Positions 20,646-31,211 are shown, counted from the first letter of the stretch. The stretch: 64,000 nt of DNA from Promethearchaeia archaeon (GCA_029856045.1 JAHQWG010000028.1:256001-320000); one strand, 5' to 3'. The notes: generated by a model from the letters alone, not told the origin. A program made the numbers and translations.

Positions 20646-20889
20646 TCGTTATTTTTTATGATTCTATTGAGAAATTAAAAGAAAATAGACTGTAGATTTA
20701 GTATTTATTTATATTCTATAATTTTAAATTTTATAATCTTATATTAAAAGATCAATAACTAAATTTATTGAATAGTTCGAAAAGATGAGATTTGCTAATT
20801 TGGAAAAAACGTTTTAAACACAAAGTAAAAATATTAACTATTTTTCTATTACTATGAAGAAGCAATTACATTAGTAGTAAATTGGGAAA

Positions 20890-21144
20890 ATGAAGGAAAT
20901 TCCAATTAGTCAAATTAGAAAACTTGAAAGAAATTTCAAAAAACGAGTTGAATTAATGAAAAATATTCCCTTAGAGCATTTAGAGAAAACATTTATCGAA
21001 TTATACAACTTAGGATTGAAGGAGTATATTGACAATGAAAAAAAGAGATTTCCTAATAAATCTACAAAGGATATAATTATAGACATGTATATGTTTCATG
21101 AGAAAATGAAAGGGCGAAGAAATAAATGGAAATATCGTTTTTAA
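20890..21144 (+). CDS. Small helical protein, putative antitoxin partner
   Basis: 84 aa, overlaps the downstream nucleotidyltransferase start. Confidence 0.45.
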   Translation: MKEIPISQIRKLERNFKKRVELMKNIPLEHLEKTFIELYNLGLKEYIDNEKKRFPNKSTKDIIIDMYMFHEKMKGRRNKWKYRF

Positions 21145-21752
21145 GCGCTTTTAAGCAATTAATTAATTTTCTTGAAGATTTAGAAAGAAAAAAAAAAGTT
21201 AAATATTTTGTAGTTGGTGGTATTTTAACTAATATATACTCTGATTTTAGGATCACTCGAGATATTGACTTTGTAGTAGATATTGAATCCGTAAATATCT
21301 CAATAGATGAATATGTAAATTTTTTAAAAAATAAAGAATTTCAACCCATTCAAGATTGGAAAACAGCGATTTTTTTAGCCATCGAATCTAATTTTATTCA
21401 ATTTTTAGATAAACAAGGGATGATAAAATTTGATAATTACTTCCTTGATAATTTTAGTAAAAGTAAATACAAAAGAATAGGAGTTTTCTCACTAAAACAT
21501 AGAGTAAGAGAAACACTTTTTGATACCGAATGTTGGATTATATCAAAAGAAGATTTTATTATTAGTAAATTAATATATGGTGGATGGCAAGATTATACAG
21601 ATGCTTTAGGATGTTGGATAAGAAACCAAGATAAATTAAAGATTCCTTATATGGAGCAAATATGCCGTGAACTTGAAATTAAAAGGGAGTTAGAATTATT
21701 GAGATCTGGAATTGATGATCCAGATGAATTTTTCGATGAAATGAATCAATAA
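21126..21752 (+). CDS. Pol-beta superfamily nucleotidyltransferase (DUF6036/AbiEii-like)
   Basis: VVGG...RITRDIDFVV, EDFIISKL, QDYTD. Confidence 0.7.
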   Translation: MEISFLSAFKQLINFLEDLERKKKVKYFVVGGILTNIYSDFRITRDIDFVVDIESVNISIDEYVNFLKNKEFQPIQDWKTAIFLAIESNFIQFLDKQGMIKFDNYFLDNFSKSKYKRIGVFSLKHRVRETLFDTECWIISKEDFIISKLIYGGWQDYTDALGCWIRNQDKLKIPYMEQICRELEIKRELELLRSGIDDPDEFFDEMNQ

Positions 21753-21789
21753 TCAAATTTTTTAGTAAAAAAAATAATAATTATAATTA

Positions 21790-23472
21790 TTATTCTTTAA
21801 CTGGATATTTTCCTGTACTTTTTGCTGCCCTAATCATTGCTCTGATATTTTCTGGTGGCATATCTCGCGGGATTTCACATCCAAAAGCCAACCAATAACC
21901 ACCACCCTTACCTGCAATCTTTATATGTTTGGCACAATCTTCATACATCTGTTTCGGGCTTGCATTAACAAGTTTGTTGTAATTAAGATTTCCCATAATG
22001 GTCACTTTATCTCCAATAAGATTTTTAGCCCATTGCAAATCTACTTGATAATCAAACTGAATTGCTCCACCAGGATTTGTTTCCATTACATATTTAATAC
22101 ATTGAGGGACATAACCACAGCAATGGATAAGAACGGGCAACCCCATCTTGGTTATTTTACTACAAGCTTTTTTCTCTGGTTCTAGTGCAAACCTCTCAAA
22201 AAATTTTGGCGACATAAAATATGCTGCGGATTCTCCTGCACCTATTATATCTGCACCTGCCTCATACATAGCGCGTGCAATTTCAATTTGCCAATCTGCA
22301 TACCAATCTAAAATTTCTTTAAACTCATCTGGATGGTCCATTATAAAAAAGATTTGCATGGGGTCTGCCCCTGCTAAAAGTGATACTCCTTGAAAGGGAC
22401 CTTCCGTCCATCCAATAACGGGTACATCATCTCCAACTTCCTTTTTTGCGATTTCTATACCCTTTATGGTTTCAGTTAACCGACCCGCATTCATAGGATC
22501 TGGCATGTCAAGATTCTTAAAATCTTCATATATAGATCCATGTTTAAGGACAGCTTCTGCAATGCGTGGAATATCATCGTGAGGAAAATCAATTTTTGCT
22601 CCACATGCTCCAGCATATAGCCCAGCATCTGTTGAGAAGCAGAGTGCATCCCAACCAAACGTATTATATACTTTTAATTGACCTTCAGCAATTTTTTCAG
22701 CTTTACTGCAATAAACAGAGAATGGAATTCCAGAAAATTTTGCGGAGAAAGATTGAGCGAAGGGCATTACTGGAACTCTATCCGGTTCTTTGTGTTTAAG
22801 TGAAGTCATAACACGATCATACGATGTCATTTCTGATTTAAGATCTTCCGAAAATTCTTTAACTTTAGGTATCAACTCTATAACATCTTTTACATAAGCA
22901 TCTATGTGTAATTTTTCTGCTAATCCGGGTGATCCAGCTGGACCGCTCAGAATAGTTCTAATTTTATGGCGTATACCTAATTTCCATAATTCTTCTTCCA
23001 ATTTGGCTTCTTGTTCTGCTGAATGTGTTAAATAAATTGCCGAAGCTATAATTCTAGCATTTGAATCTAATGCCGTTTTTGCAATTTTTTCTGGGGGGAT
23101 ATCTGAACCTGCATCAATAACCTCAAAACCGTGAGCTTTCAAATTTGCTGATACAATAGCTGTGCCAATAGTCCAAGGACCACCCATAACACCCAGTACA
23201 ACTCGTTCTTCAGGTTTTCTGGATTCTTCTGTGGAAACTGGGAGTGATCGAACACCTAATTCGAAGGCTCCGGCGGCTAAAACAATATCATCAAGATACA
23301 TTCCCTTATTTTGATACTTTTTACTTGCAGAAGTTATACCATCTGATAGAGCTTGTATAATTTCTTGAGGTGTGAATCCTTTTCTTTTGGCTTTTCTTAC
23401 TATACTTCCTATATGTTTATATTCTCCATTACTTGTTGCTTGAGTAATTTCTTCAAGAAGATTATCTGACGT
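21790..23472 (-). CDS. Corrinoid-protein-like domain fused to MtaA/UroD-family methyltransferase
   Basis: The frame is open 57 codons upstream of the tracked ATG (23301) and encodes the cap helices. The B12 Rossmann domain has GFEVIDAG. The C-terminal domain has EPDRVPV, HCCG and GCE. The start appears to be ACG. Confidence 0.78.
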   Translation of the reverse strand, partial: TSDNLLEEITQATSNGEYKHIGSIVRKAKRKGFTPQEIIQALSDGITSASKKYQNKGMYLDDIVLAAGAFELGVRSLPVSTEESRKPEERVVLGVMGGPWTIGTAIVSANLKAHGFEVIDAGSDIPPEKIAKTALDSNARIIASAIYLTHSAEQEAKLEEELWKLGIRHKIRTILSGPAGSPGLAEKLHIDAYVKDVIELIPKVKEFSEDLKSEMTSYDRVMTSLKHKEPDRVPVMPFAQSFSAKFSGIPFSVYCSKAEKIAEGQLKVYNTFGWDALCFSTDAGLYAGACGAKIDFPHDDIPRIAEAVLKHGSIYEDFKNLDMPDPMNAGRLTETIKGIEIAKKEVGDDVPVIGWTEGPFQGVSLLAGADPMQIFFIMDHPDEFKEILDWYADWQIEIARAMYEAGADIIGAGESAAYFMSPKFFERFALEPEKKACSKITKMGLPVLIHCCGYVPQCIKYVMETNPGGAIQFDYQVDLQWAKNLIGDKVTIMGNLNYNKLVNASPKQMYEDCAKHIKIAGKGGGYWLAFGCEIPRDMPPENIRAMIRAAKSTGKYPVKE

Positions 23473-23618
23473 TTTTAATCAACTCTTTTCTTACAATTAA
23501 TTGTCTATAAGTTGTAATTTAATAAACTTATTAATTTTATTTAAACAATTTTAAAAAACTTGTTATAAATGATAATTATAAAACAAATTAAAAGAAAAAA
23601 TATAAATCTAAAATTCAA

Positions 23619-24113
23619 CTATAAGAACAGCTCCATGAAGATTTCATCATCATATTGCCCATCAATTTTAACCTGCCGCGTTAATACTCCTTTAGGGAAA
23701 AATTCTAAGCTGCGGTAAAAAGCTTGGGCTCCAACATTATTTGCTCGAACATAGATAATGATCTTTTCATAGGATTTAGTGCGAGCAAAATTAAGGGTAT
23801 ATTTCATCAAGTACCTTCCAATGCCCTTCCGACGCCATTCTGGGAGAATAATGGTGCCTAATACCCCAATGTGGTCAAATGAATCGGTGTATTTGCCCCA
23901 TAGATCCAGGGATTGGAAACCCACGATATTATCATTCACCTCTGCTAGGAAGATACCTTCGCGATCAGAGAGGAATGCAATGTAATTTCGCTCCTGTTGA
24001 GGAGTAAAAGGGTGATTCACAGCGGTGTAAATCCTTTCCGCGCAGACAACACCCCATATACCAGAAATGGCTTCTGCATCTTCAATTTCGGCTTTATGAA
24101 TATTAATTTGCAT
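23619..24113 (-). CDS. GNAT acetyltransferase
   Basis: PEWRRKGIG motif A and NVGAQAFYRSL. Confidence 0.88.
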   Translation of the reverse strand: MQINIHKAEIEDAEAISGIWGVVCAERIYTAVNHPFTPQQERNYIAFLSDREGIFLAEVNDNIVGFQSLDLWGKYTDSFDHIGVLGTIILPEWRRKGIGRYLMKYTLNFARTKSYEKIIIYVRANNVGAQAFYRSLEFFPKGVLTRQVKIDGQYDDEIFMELFL

Positions 24114-24136
24114 TTTAAATAACCCTTTAAATAAGT

Positions 24137-24682
24137 TTAAATTAATGAGACCTTTTCCATAACTTTAAAAGGGTCTCTTGGATTTTCTTTATTTCGCCAT
24201 ATTAATGCAATATCTTTAATAATAAAAGATAATGGTTTCCAATTATATTCCAGTTCCTTTTTTATTGAATATAAATTTGATTTTCCTTTAATTTGACCTA
24301 AACTCAAATGTGGAGTAAATCCAGTTTTAAATTTATTAACGTCATCGCATTCTGGTACATACTCTAATAACTTTTTTTGAAGCTCTATTATTTTATCTGG
24401 AGGTTCAGGTTTTAACCAGAGGGTGTAATTTTCCTTTTTATGATGAAAAAAATCCATTTTTTCAAACCTAATCTCAAATGACTCAAATTTAATTTCACTA
24501 AATTCTTTAATTATCCAAGAAAATTCACTTTGAGGGTAAAAAGGATATAGCATTGTGATATGAGGCATCCAGCGGTCTATATGTTTATCGTATTTTTTAC
24601 GTATTTTTTGAATTGACCCCCAAATATTTTCTGGTGGAATAATTACCACCGCAGTATTATATACCTTCTTCATATTATTCAA
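24137..24682 (-). CDS. 2H phosphoesterase (2'-5' RNA ligase-like)
   Basis: Two HxT/S motifs: PHITM and PHLSL. Confidence 0.85.
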   Translation of the reverse strand: MNNMKKVYNTAVVIIPPENIWGSIQKIRKKYDKHIDRWMPHITMLYPFYPQSEFSWIIKEFSEIKFESFEIRFEKMDFFHHKKENYTLWLKPEPPDKIIELQKKLLEYVPECDDVNKFKTGFTPHLSLGQIKGKSNLYSIKKELEYNWKPLSFIIKDIALIWRNKENPRDPFKVMEKVSLI

Positions 24683-25470
24683 ATTTTTTTTTCTGCATAA
24701 ATAAATCCACGAGTAGTGGTAATATCTAATTTTTGATTATTTTCATTTAAATAAATTTCTAAAAATTTTTCTTCAAATTCATTTTTTAAATTATCTGGCA
24801 GAACATTTAAAAATGGAACCATTGCAGCAGATTTAAAATATCCTAATAAATCCTCAAACTTTTTAAATTCATGAATAAACTGATAAGGTTCTATATTTAT
24901 ATTAAAAAATTTATTTTCTTTTAATATTTTGATATTTTCGTCTATTGTGAGAAATCTCCACGGGAGAGTTATTTTACGGAAGTGCTCTCTAAATCTTTTA
25001 ATTCTGTATAATTTATAAATCGTTTTTGTTAAAAGATTTCTCTCTTTCAGACCAGTTTGAATAGAAATACGCCCATTATTTTTCAACGCGTTATAAATTA
25101 ATTTATACAATAATTCAAGATCAGATATCCAATGAATTGCAGAATTAGAAAATACTGCATCAAATTCATTATTAAATTTAATTTTTAATGCATCCATTTT
25201 AATTAACTTGATATTTTTTAAGTTATTTGCATTAATATTTTTCTTTACTTGTTCTGTCATTTCCTTAGAGACCTCAATGGCAGTAATTACGCCATTAGGA
25301 ATTTTTTTGGCTAGTTCAACTGTAAGCATTCCATTTCCCGAACCTATTTCTAATATTTTCTCAGAATCTCTTGGATTCAATCGCTCAATTACCATCAAAC
25401 CAAGATTATATTGAAGTTTGGAATGTTCCTGATATAATTTAGCGTCCCATTGTAAAGATTTTTTTTTCAT
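24679..25470 (-). CDS. Class I SAM methyltransferase (Tam-like)
   Basis: WDAKLY, ILEIGSGNG, FDAVFSNSAIHW. Confidence 0.85.
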   Translation of the reverse strand: MKKKSLQWDAKLYQEHSKLQYNLGLMVIERLNPRDSEKILEIGSGNGMLTVELAKKIPNGVITAIEVSKEMTEQVKKNINANNLKNIKLIKMDALKIKFNNEFDAVFSNSAIHWISDLELLYKLIYNALKNNGRISIQTGLKERNLLTKTIYKLYRIKRFREHFRKITLPWRFLTIDENIKILKENKFFNINIEPYQFIHEFKKFEDLLGYFKSAAMVPFLNVLPDNLKNEFEEKFLEIYLNENNQKLDITTTRGFIYAEKKI

Positions 25471-25592
25471 AACTATAAAGTATTTAATATTAAAGTTAAA
25501 TTCAATATTTTCAGTTATGATTTTATTTTATATCAAGTTTTGAAAAAAGTATAAAATTATAATATATTTTACTCTTTTTATATCTTAAAAAA

Positions 25593-26372
25593 GTGAGGAT
25601 TTTCATGGGTAAATTGAATGAATTGGATAGAAAATTAAATAAGTACCTTAGATTAGCTACTTTTCCAGTAGCAGCAAAATTACTTGAAGATAAAAATGAG
25701 TTAAACAAAATAAACTTCTTAAAGAAAACAGATAAGCAAATCGCCCTATGTCAAATATTCAGTTATTCAAGATATTATGGATGGACAATGGGATGCACTA
25801 TGGAGGATAATTTATGTCCTCTCGCGAATATAGCACTTGGTTTTGAAGAACCGTACAAGCTTTTTTTAGAAGGTGCTTTTTTTGTTGGTAGATATAATGA
25901 AACTAAAGAAGCAGCGAAAAAAACAACAGCAACAATGCCTAAAATACCTTATGGAAAGTTCTCCGCAATAGTTTCGGGAGCTTTAAATCGTGTAGAATTT
26001 GAACCAGATATTATTATGATTTGGGGAAATTCTGCTCAGATAATGAGAATAATTCAGGGTTCTTTATGGAAGGAGGGGGGAAGAATCTCAATGTCAACCT
26101 TTTGTGATGGGGTTTGTGCAGATACCATCGCAAAAGCATATCTTACGGAGGAATTACAAATCGCATTTCCTTGTCTTGGTGATCGCCGGTTTGGAATGGC
26201 AAAAGATACAGACTTAATAGCATCTATACCATACAGAGTTGTTGATTCAATAATAAAAGGAATGGAGAAGACTCATAAAGCTGGCACAAGATATCCAATA
26301 CCTTATGAACTGAGCACACCTGAGTTCTTTGTCAAATTAAAAAAACAATTAGATAAAGTCAAAAAAGATTAA
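25593..26372 (+). CDS. DUF169 family Cys-containing protein
   Basis: ALCQ, CPLANIALG, GVCAD, FPCLGDRRF. Confidence 0.75.
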   Translation: MRIFMGKLNELDRKLNKYLRLATFPVAAKLLEDKNELNKINFLKKTDKQIALCQIFSYSRYYGWTMGCTMEDNLCPLANIALGFEEPYKLFLEGAFFVGRYNETKEAAKKTTATMPKIPYGKFSAIVSGALNRVEFEPDIIMIWGNSAQIMRIIQGSLWKEGGRISMSTFCDGVCADTIAKAYLTEELQIAFPCLGDRRFGMAKDTDLIASIPYRVVDSIIKGMEKTHKAGTRYPIPYELSTPEFFVKLKKQLDKVKKD

Positions 26373-26417
26373 TTCTTTTTTCATCATCCATAAGATGTAA
26401 AATAATTAAATATTAAA

Positions 26418-27533
26418 ATGAATATGATAAGAATTCGAGCACCTGGGAGGATTTGTTTATTTGGGGAGCATCAAGATTATTTAGGATTTCCAGTTATTTC
26501 GATGGCATTTTCTAAATACATTTATTTAGAAGCTGAACCAATAATTGATCCCAAATTCATAATAGAATTAACAGATATGGGATATAACGATGAATTTTTA
26601 CTCAATAATAATGAAGTTGATTATTTATCAAATCGAGATTATTTAAGAAGTGGATATAATCTTTTTATTAGATCAGATGCAAAGTTCAATAAAGGTTATA
26701 AAATAAAAATATCAGGAGATATCCCAATTAATGCTGGTTGCGGAAGTTCTTCTGCTTTAATAATCGCATGGCTATTTTTTTTAGCTCACGTTTCTAATCG
26801 TCATCTGAACTTAGAAGATCTTGCAAAATTGGGTTATTCTGCGGAAGTACGAGAATTTGGAGAGGCAGGGGGTATGATGGATCATTATACATCTGCATTA
26901 GGTAAACTAATTTATTTAGAGACATATCCAGAATTTATACCATTAAACTTTAATATAAATATCGAACATTTTATTCTCGGTAATTCTAAAGGGTCTAAAG
27001 ATACAATTGAAGATTTACATAAAGTTAAAAACCGGGCATTAAAAACATTTAAGATATTAAAAGAAATTATGAAAGAATTTAATCCTTATAGAACTAGTCT
27101 TAACGAAATTGAAGAATATCTCCCCAATCTTAATAAGGATCTTCGAAAAATATTAATTGGAAACATAATAAACCGGGATATTACCCAAAAAGCTAAAATA
27201 CTTATTACTAATTACATCCAAAAAAGTTCCAAGATTATAATTGAAAAAAATCAAAACATTGAGTTAGAATTTTACGGAGAATTGGGAAATTTATTAACTG
27301 AACACCATCGGCAATTATCTGGTAATATAGGGATTTCTACTCCAAAAATTGAGAAAATGATATCAATTGCTATTGAAAATGGTGCTTTTGGAGCAAAAAT
27401 CAACGGTTCAGGATTTGGAGGATGTATGTTTGCTTTAGCTTCTGAAAATAAAAAAGAAATAATGGATAACATTGCAGAGGTTGGGGGGATAGGTTATACA
27501 GTTAAAACAAGTGAAGGAGTTGAGCTTTATTGA
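26418..27533 (+). CDS. GHMP sugar kinase (galactokinase-like)
   Basis: APGRICLFGEHQDY, PINAGCGSSSA, GSGFGG. Confidence 0.85.
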   Translation: MNMIRIRAPGRICLFGEHQDYLGFPVISMAFSKYIYLEAEPIIDPKFIIELTDMGYNDEFLLNNNEVDYLSNRDYLRSGYNLFIRSDAKFNKGYKIKISGDIPINAGCGSSSALIIAWLFFLAHVSNRHLNLEDLAKLGYSAEVREFGEAGGMMDHYTSALGKLIYLETYPEFIPLNFNINIEHFILGNSKGSKDTIEDLHKVKNRALKTFKILKEIMKEFNPYRTSLNEIEEYLPNLNKDLRKILIGNIINRDITQKAKILITNYIQKSSKIIIEKNQNIELEFYGELGNLLTEHHRQLSGNIGISTPKIEKMISIAIENGAFGAKINGSGFGGCMFALASENKKEIMDNIAEVGGIGYTVKTSEGVELY

Positions 27534-28273
27534 AAGCGGTTATTTTGGCAGCCGGTAAAGGTTTAAGAATGCGTCCTTTAACAGAAAGACTACCTAAACC
27601 AATGCTGGAACTGCATGGAAAACCAATTTTACAATATATTATTGAGGGTTTAAGAATCGCCAATTTTAATGAAATTGCGTTAATTGTTGGATATAAACAT
27701 GAATTCATTAGAAAATATTTTAGAAATGGAGAGAATTTTGGTGTTCGGATAAATTATATTTTACAAGCAGACCAAAAAGGAACCGGACATGCAACTTTAT
27801 TGGCCGAACAGTTTTGCGGAGATGAACAATTTCTCCTAACTTATTCAGATGTATTAATATCATATAGTATCTATCAAGAATTATATAAATCATACAAAGA
27901 ACAAAATGAAAGGTTTGTATTGGTAGCAAATCCAACCAACGACCCATATAGAGGTGCTGCAATTTATTATGAAAATGATTATGTTACAGAAATTATCGAA
28001 AAACCTCCAAAAGGGACATCTAAATCAAAATTAAACAATTCAGGTATATTTATCTTATCTCCACAAATCTTTCAAATTTTAAGAAAAACTCCTGATTCTA
28101 TAAGAGGAGAAATTGAACTGACTGAAGCAATTAAATTGGGAATATTAAATCAAAATATAAAATTTAGGCTGATAATGGTGAAAGAGTATCAAATTAGGAA
28201 AGATCTTGGAGATACTAAGGATTATGAAGAATTAATGAATACTACAAAATGGTTAGAAAAACTTAAACAATGA
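27530..28273 (+). CDS. Sugar-phosphate nucleotidyltransferase
   Basis: ILAAGKGLRMRPLT, PKPML, EKP, RGEIELTEAI. Overlaps the kinase stop. Confidence 0.88.
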   Translation: MKAVILAAGKGLRMRPLTERLPKPMLELHGKPILQYIIEGLRIANFNEIALIVGYKHEFIRKYFRNGENFGVRINYILQADQKGTGHATLLAEQFCGDEQFLLTYSDVLISYSIYQELYKSYKEQNERFVLVANPTNDPYRGAAIYYENDYVTEIIEKPPKGTSKSKLNNSGIFILSPQIFQILRKTPDSIRGEIELTEAIKLGILNQNIKFRLIMVKEYQIRKDLGDTKDYEELMNTTKWLEKLKQ

Positions 28274-28343
28274 AAAATTTATAGATTCCTTAATTCTTTG
28301 AAATATTATTCACGATTTTTGATAATAATTTGGGGTTATAAAG

Positions 28344-28757
28344 ATACCTAACTGGTTCATCCATTTGAAGTGGGCAAAAAAGGTAGGAATTCCCGAAGGT
28401 ATAGCTAATATTACAAATCGCGTTATTGATTATGGCTTTAATTGGGTATTTTCTGCTAAAAGTGAAAACATTAAAAATAATGATGATCCTAGATTCCTTC
28501 ATTTAACCTATTTTTATGAAATGGACCCAAAAAATAAGAATTACATAAAAGCCTATTATCTCCATCGTGCTCTGGACCATCTTAAGGAAACGAGGCACAA
28601 AGAATTAGATAAAGCATTAAAGAAATTTGAAACAGAGAAATGTTTAATTGAAATCGAGAGACCGAATGGTCAAATTATAACTTTCAAAAAAGAGTTAGAG
28701 GGAATTCTTACTCTTCTAAGACAAAATGAAAAAAATGTATTATCTGATATCAATTAA
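28344..28757 (+). CDS. Small hypothetical protein, possible metal-binding (N-terminal PNWFIH, HxxxD motif)
   Basis: Tracked ORF starts at 28365. The frame extends to ATA-CCT-AAC-TGG at 28344. Contains YLHRALDH. Confidence 0.45.
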   Translation: MPNWFIHLKWAKKVGIPEGIANITNRVIDYGFNWVFSAKSENIKNNDDPRFLHLTYFYEMDPKNKNYIKAYYLHRALDHLKETRHKELDKALKKFETEKCLIEIERPNGQIITFKKELEGILTLLRQNEKNVLSDIN

Positions 28758-28763
28758 TAGTTA

Positions 28764-29156
28764 TTAAATAAAATTGTGTTTTTTTAGATATTTAATTATC
28801 TCATTTATGAAGCTTTGTCCATTTTTTAGTATTTTTTTAGCTTCACTTTTAGGAATATTTATAAAAAAATCATAATCACCTATTTGTCTTTTATCATAAG
28901 CATTTCTGAGTTGTCTACTCATTTCTATAGGGAAAATATTTGTTTTTATAAAATATTTGCCTAAAGCAGAAATTACGCCTCCGTGAGATTTAAATTTCAA
29001 ATTTTTTGTCAGTAAAACTGCTTCCACTGAATAAAACATAGCATAATATGTTCTGGATACTGACCCATCATAATCTCCATCTTCTAAAAGTGTTTTAGCA
29101 CTTTTAAGTGCTCTGTTTGCTTTTTTAATTAATGAACTCAGATTATTTTTAATCAA
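28764..29156 (-). CDS. HEPN domain protein
   Basis: SRTYYAMF, KSHGGV, RQIGDY. Paired with an MNT gene. Confidence 0.85.
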   Translation of the reverse strand: MIKNNLSSLIKKANRALKSAKTLLEDGDYDGSVSRTYYAMFYSVEAVLLTKNLKFKSHGGVISALGKYFIKTNIFPIEMSRQLRNAYDKRQIGDYDFFINIPKSEAKKILKNGQSFINEIIKYLKKHNFI

Positions 29157-29467
29157 ATTGATATTCCTTCTTCTCTAAGATTAATTAGAAATGGTGTGTT
29201 AAAATGAAAATAATTATGTTCTGAAATAGGATAGAGTGATATTAATACTTCATATTTTAAATCGATATCACATGTAATTTCCGTCAATCTATCAATTTCT
29301 TCAAATGGAACTACTTCACCTTCAAGAATAATCGCTAAATCTACATCTGATTCATCAGTTGCGTCCCCCCTTGCCCATGAACCATATAAGATAATATATT
29401 TTAATCTTTTACCATATAAAGTTTTGAGTTCCATTTTGAATTCTTCTAATAACTTATTTATTTTCAT
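29153..29467 (-). CDS. Minimal nucleotidyltransferase (MNT)
   Basis: LYGSWARGDATDESDVD. Confidence 0.9.
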   Translation of the reverse strand: MKINKLLEEFKMELKTLYGKRLKYIILYGSWARGDATDESDVDLAIILEGEVVPFEEIDRLTEITCDIDLKYEVLISLYPISEHNYFHFNTPFLINLREEGISI

Positions 29468-29674
29468 AATTACAACTCTCTCTATTTCATTGGTATTAAA
29501 TAAGATTTTTGAATTTTTATTATTAATGGAGATAAGAGATATGTAAATTTATTAATTAATACTTAATTCAAATTCGGATATTATTTCTTATGTTGAATAA
29601 TCTTTAAATTTGTCAATATAACATAAAAGTGGTAACTCCTTATTGCTAATCTTCATATAATGGATTTTAAACAA

Positions 29675-30289
29675 TTAAATCTTTTTATAAAGGAAATAAA
29701 TAGAATTTTCTATGACCCAAAAGACAATAGCAAAAAATACCATCCATTCTGAAATAGGCCATCCAGTAAAAATAAAAAATATGAATACTCCAGAAACGGC
29801 AAATCCTATTATGGTTTGCATTTTGGAAAATCTTGAATCAATCCAAATTAAGATACTATAAATGGTGCAAAATATTAATTCACAAAAAAAGAAAATAGTT
29901 GCAAAAAAGATATGAATGATGCCAAGTAAAAGAGTGTAATGTGGAAAACACCCAACAAGAGATATGGAGATTGCCCCAATTATTGATATTTTAATAGCAA
30001 ATTTTTTTATTTTTTCATTAATTTTTTCTTGGGTTAAAGACCTACCAAGATATACTAAAAATGGGATTACCGTAATACCAGTTAAAATGAAACCTATATT
30101 AAACAATGGGGCAGCCAATCCAGGAGATATCCCCAAAACACTAATAAAGCTTTCAATCATATTGTATCCAGGAACTAATAAATATGATAAGAAGGTAAAA
30201 ATAACTCCAATAACCATTGATAAAAGCCCATAATATCCTCCAGGTACTAATTTGAGAAGTTTATCCATTAAATTGTTTATTTTATCCAT
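29675..30289 (-). CDS. DUF998-like membrane protein
   Basis: PGYN...ISVLG, FNIG, GCFP, H. About 5-6 TM helices. Confidence 0.65.
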   Translation of the reverse strand: MDKINNLMDKLLKLVPGGYYGLLSMVIGVIFTFLSYLLVPGYNMIESFISVLGISPGLAAPLFNIGFILTGITVIPFLVYLGRSLTQEKINEKIKKFAIKISIIGAISISLVGCFPHYTLLLGIIHIFFATIFFFCELIFCTIYSILIWIDSRFSKMQTIIGFAVSGVFIFFIFTGWPISEWMVFFAIVFWVIENSIYFLYKKI

Positions 30290-30380
30290 AATTCCTTAAA
30301 TGAATTAGAATCTAAAAATAATCTTGATAAATAACTAAAAATGAAATAATTAATACTATTGAAAAATATTAATTATTATT

Positions 30381-31211
30381 ATGAGTTTTGCAGAAGTAAA
30401 TGGAATAAAAATTTGTTATGAGATGCATGGCGATGGATATCCAATTATTTTAGTTGAAGAATATGGCGCAAAAAAAGAAGGGTGGATTGCACAAATTGGT
30501 CCATTATCAGAACATTTCAAAGTTATTACTTTGGATAACCGTGGGTCTGGCAAATCAGATCGCCCAAACTATCCTTATACAATGGAAATGTTTGCAGATG
30601 ACATTAAAGGTTTAATAGATTTTCTTGGTCTAAAAAAGGCGCATATTGTAGGAAAATCCCTAGGTGGGATGATCGTCCAAGAATTTGCGTTAAAATATTC
30701 ACAATATGTAAATAAATTGGTATTATTGAATACATCTACTGGTTATCCGAGTGATCAAGGACCAGAAATGTACAAGCGAGGAAAAATTGATGAATATTAT
30801 GCAATACTTAAAGATCCAGTTAAATTTTTTTTCGAAGATATAAAAGCGGGATTCTCTCGGGAATTTAGAAAACTAATACAGGAAGATCCAAAAAGAAAAT
30901 TCCATGGTCTTTGGTCAGCTGAAGATCTTATAAAAGAAAGTACAATTGACCCTACGACCCCGCAAGATATTGGAAATCAAGCAAATGCACTTAAGGGATT
31001 TCATCCTCTTGAAGAATTACATAAAATTAAGAGTGAAACTTTAATTCTAGGAGCTGAAAAAGATAGAGTTATGTCGGTCTATAACCAACAACAAATGCAT
31101 GAAAGGATTCCAAATAGTACCCTAAAGATTCTTGAAAATACACGTCACAGTTCTAATTTAGAAAAAGCACCAGAAGTAAATCAAATCCTTATAGATTTTT
31201 TAAAAGATTAA
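30381..31211 (+). CDS. Alpha/beta hydrolase
   Basis: DNRGSGKSD, GKSLGG nucleophile elbow, Asp (EKD) and His (TRHS). Confidence 0.9.
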   Translation: MSFAEVNGIKICYEMHGDGYPIILVEEYGAKKEGWIAQIGPLSEHFKVITLDNRGSGKSDRPNYPYTMEMFADDIKGLIDFLGLKKAHIVGKSLGGMIVQEFALKYSQYVNKLVLLNTSTGYPSDQGPEMYKRGKIDEYYAILKDPVKFFFEDIKAGFSREFRKLIQEDPKRKFHGLWSAEDLIKESTIDPTTPQDIGNQANALKGFHPLEELHKIKSETLILGAEKDRVMSVYNQQQMHERIPNSTLKILENTRHSSNLEKAPEVNQILIDFLKD

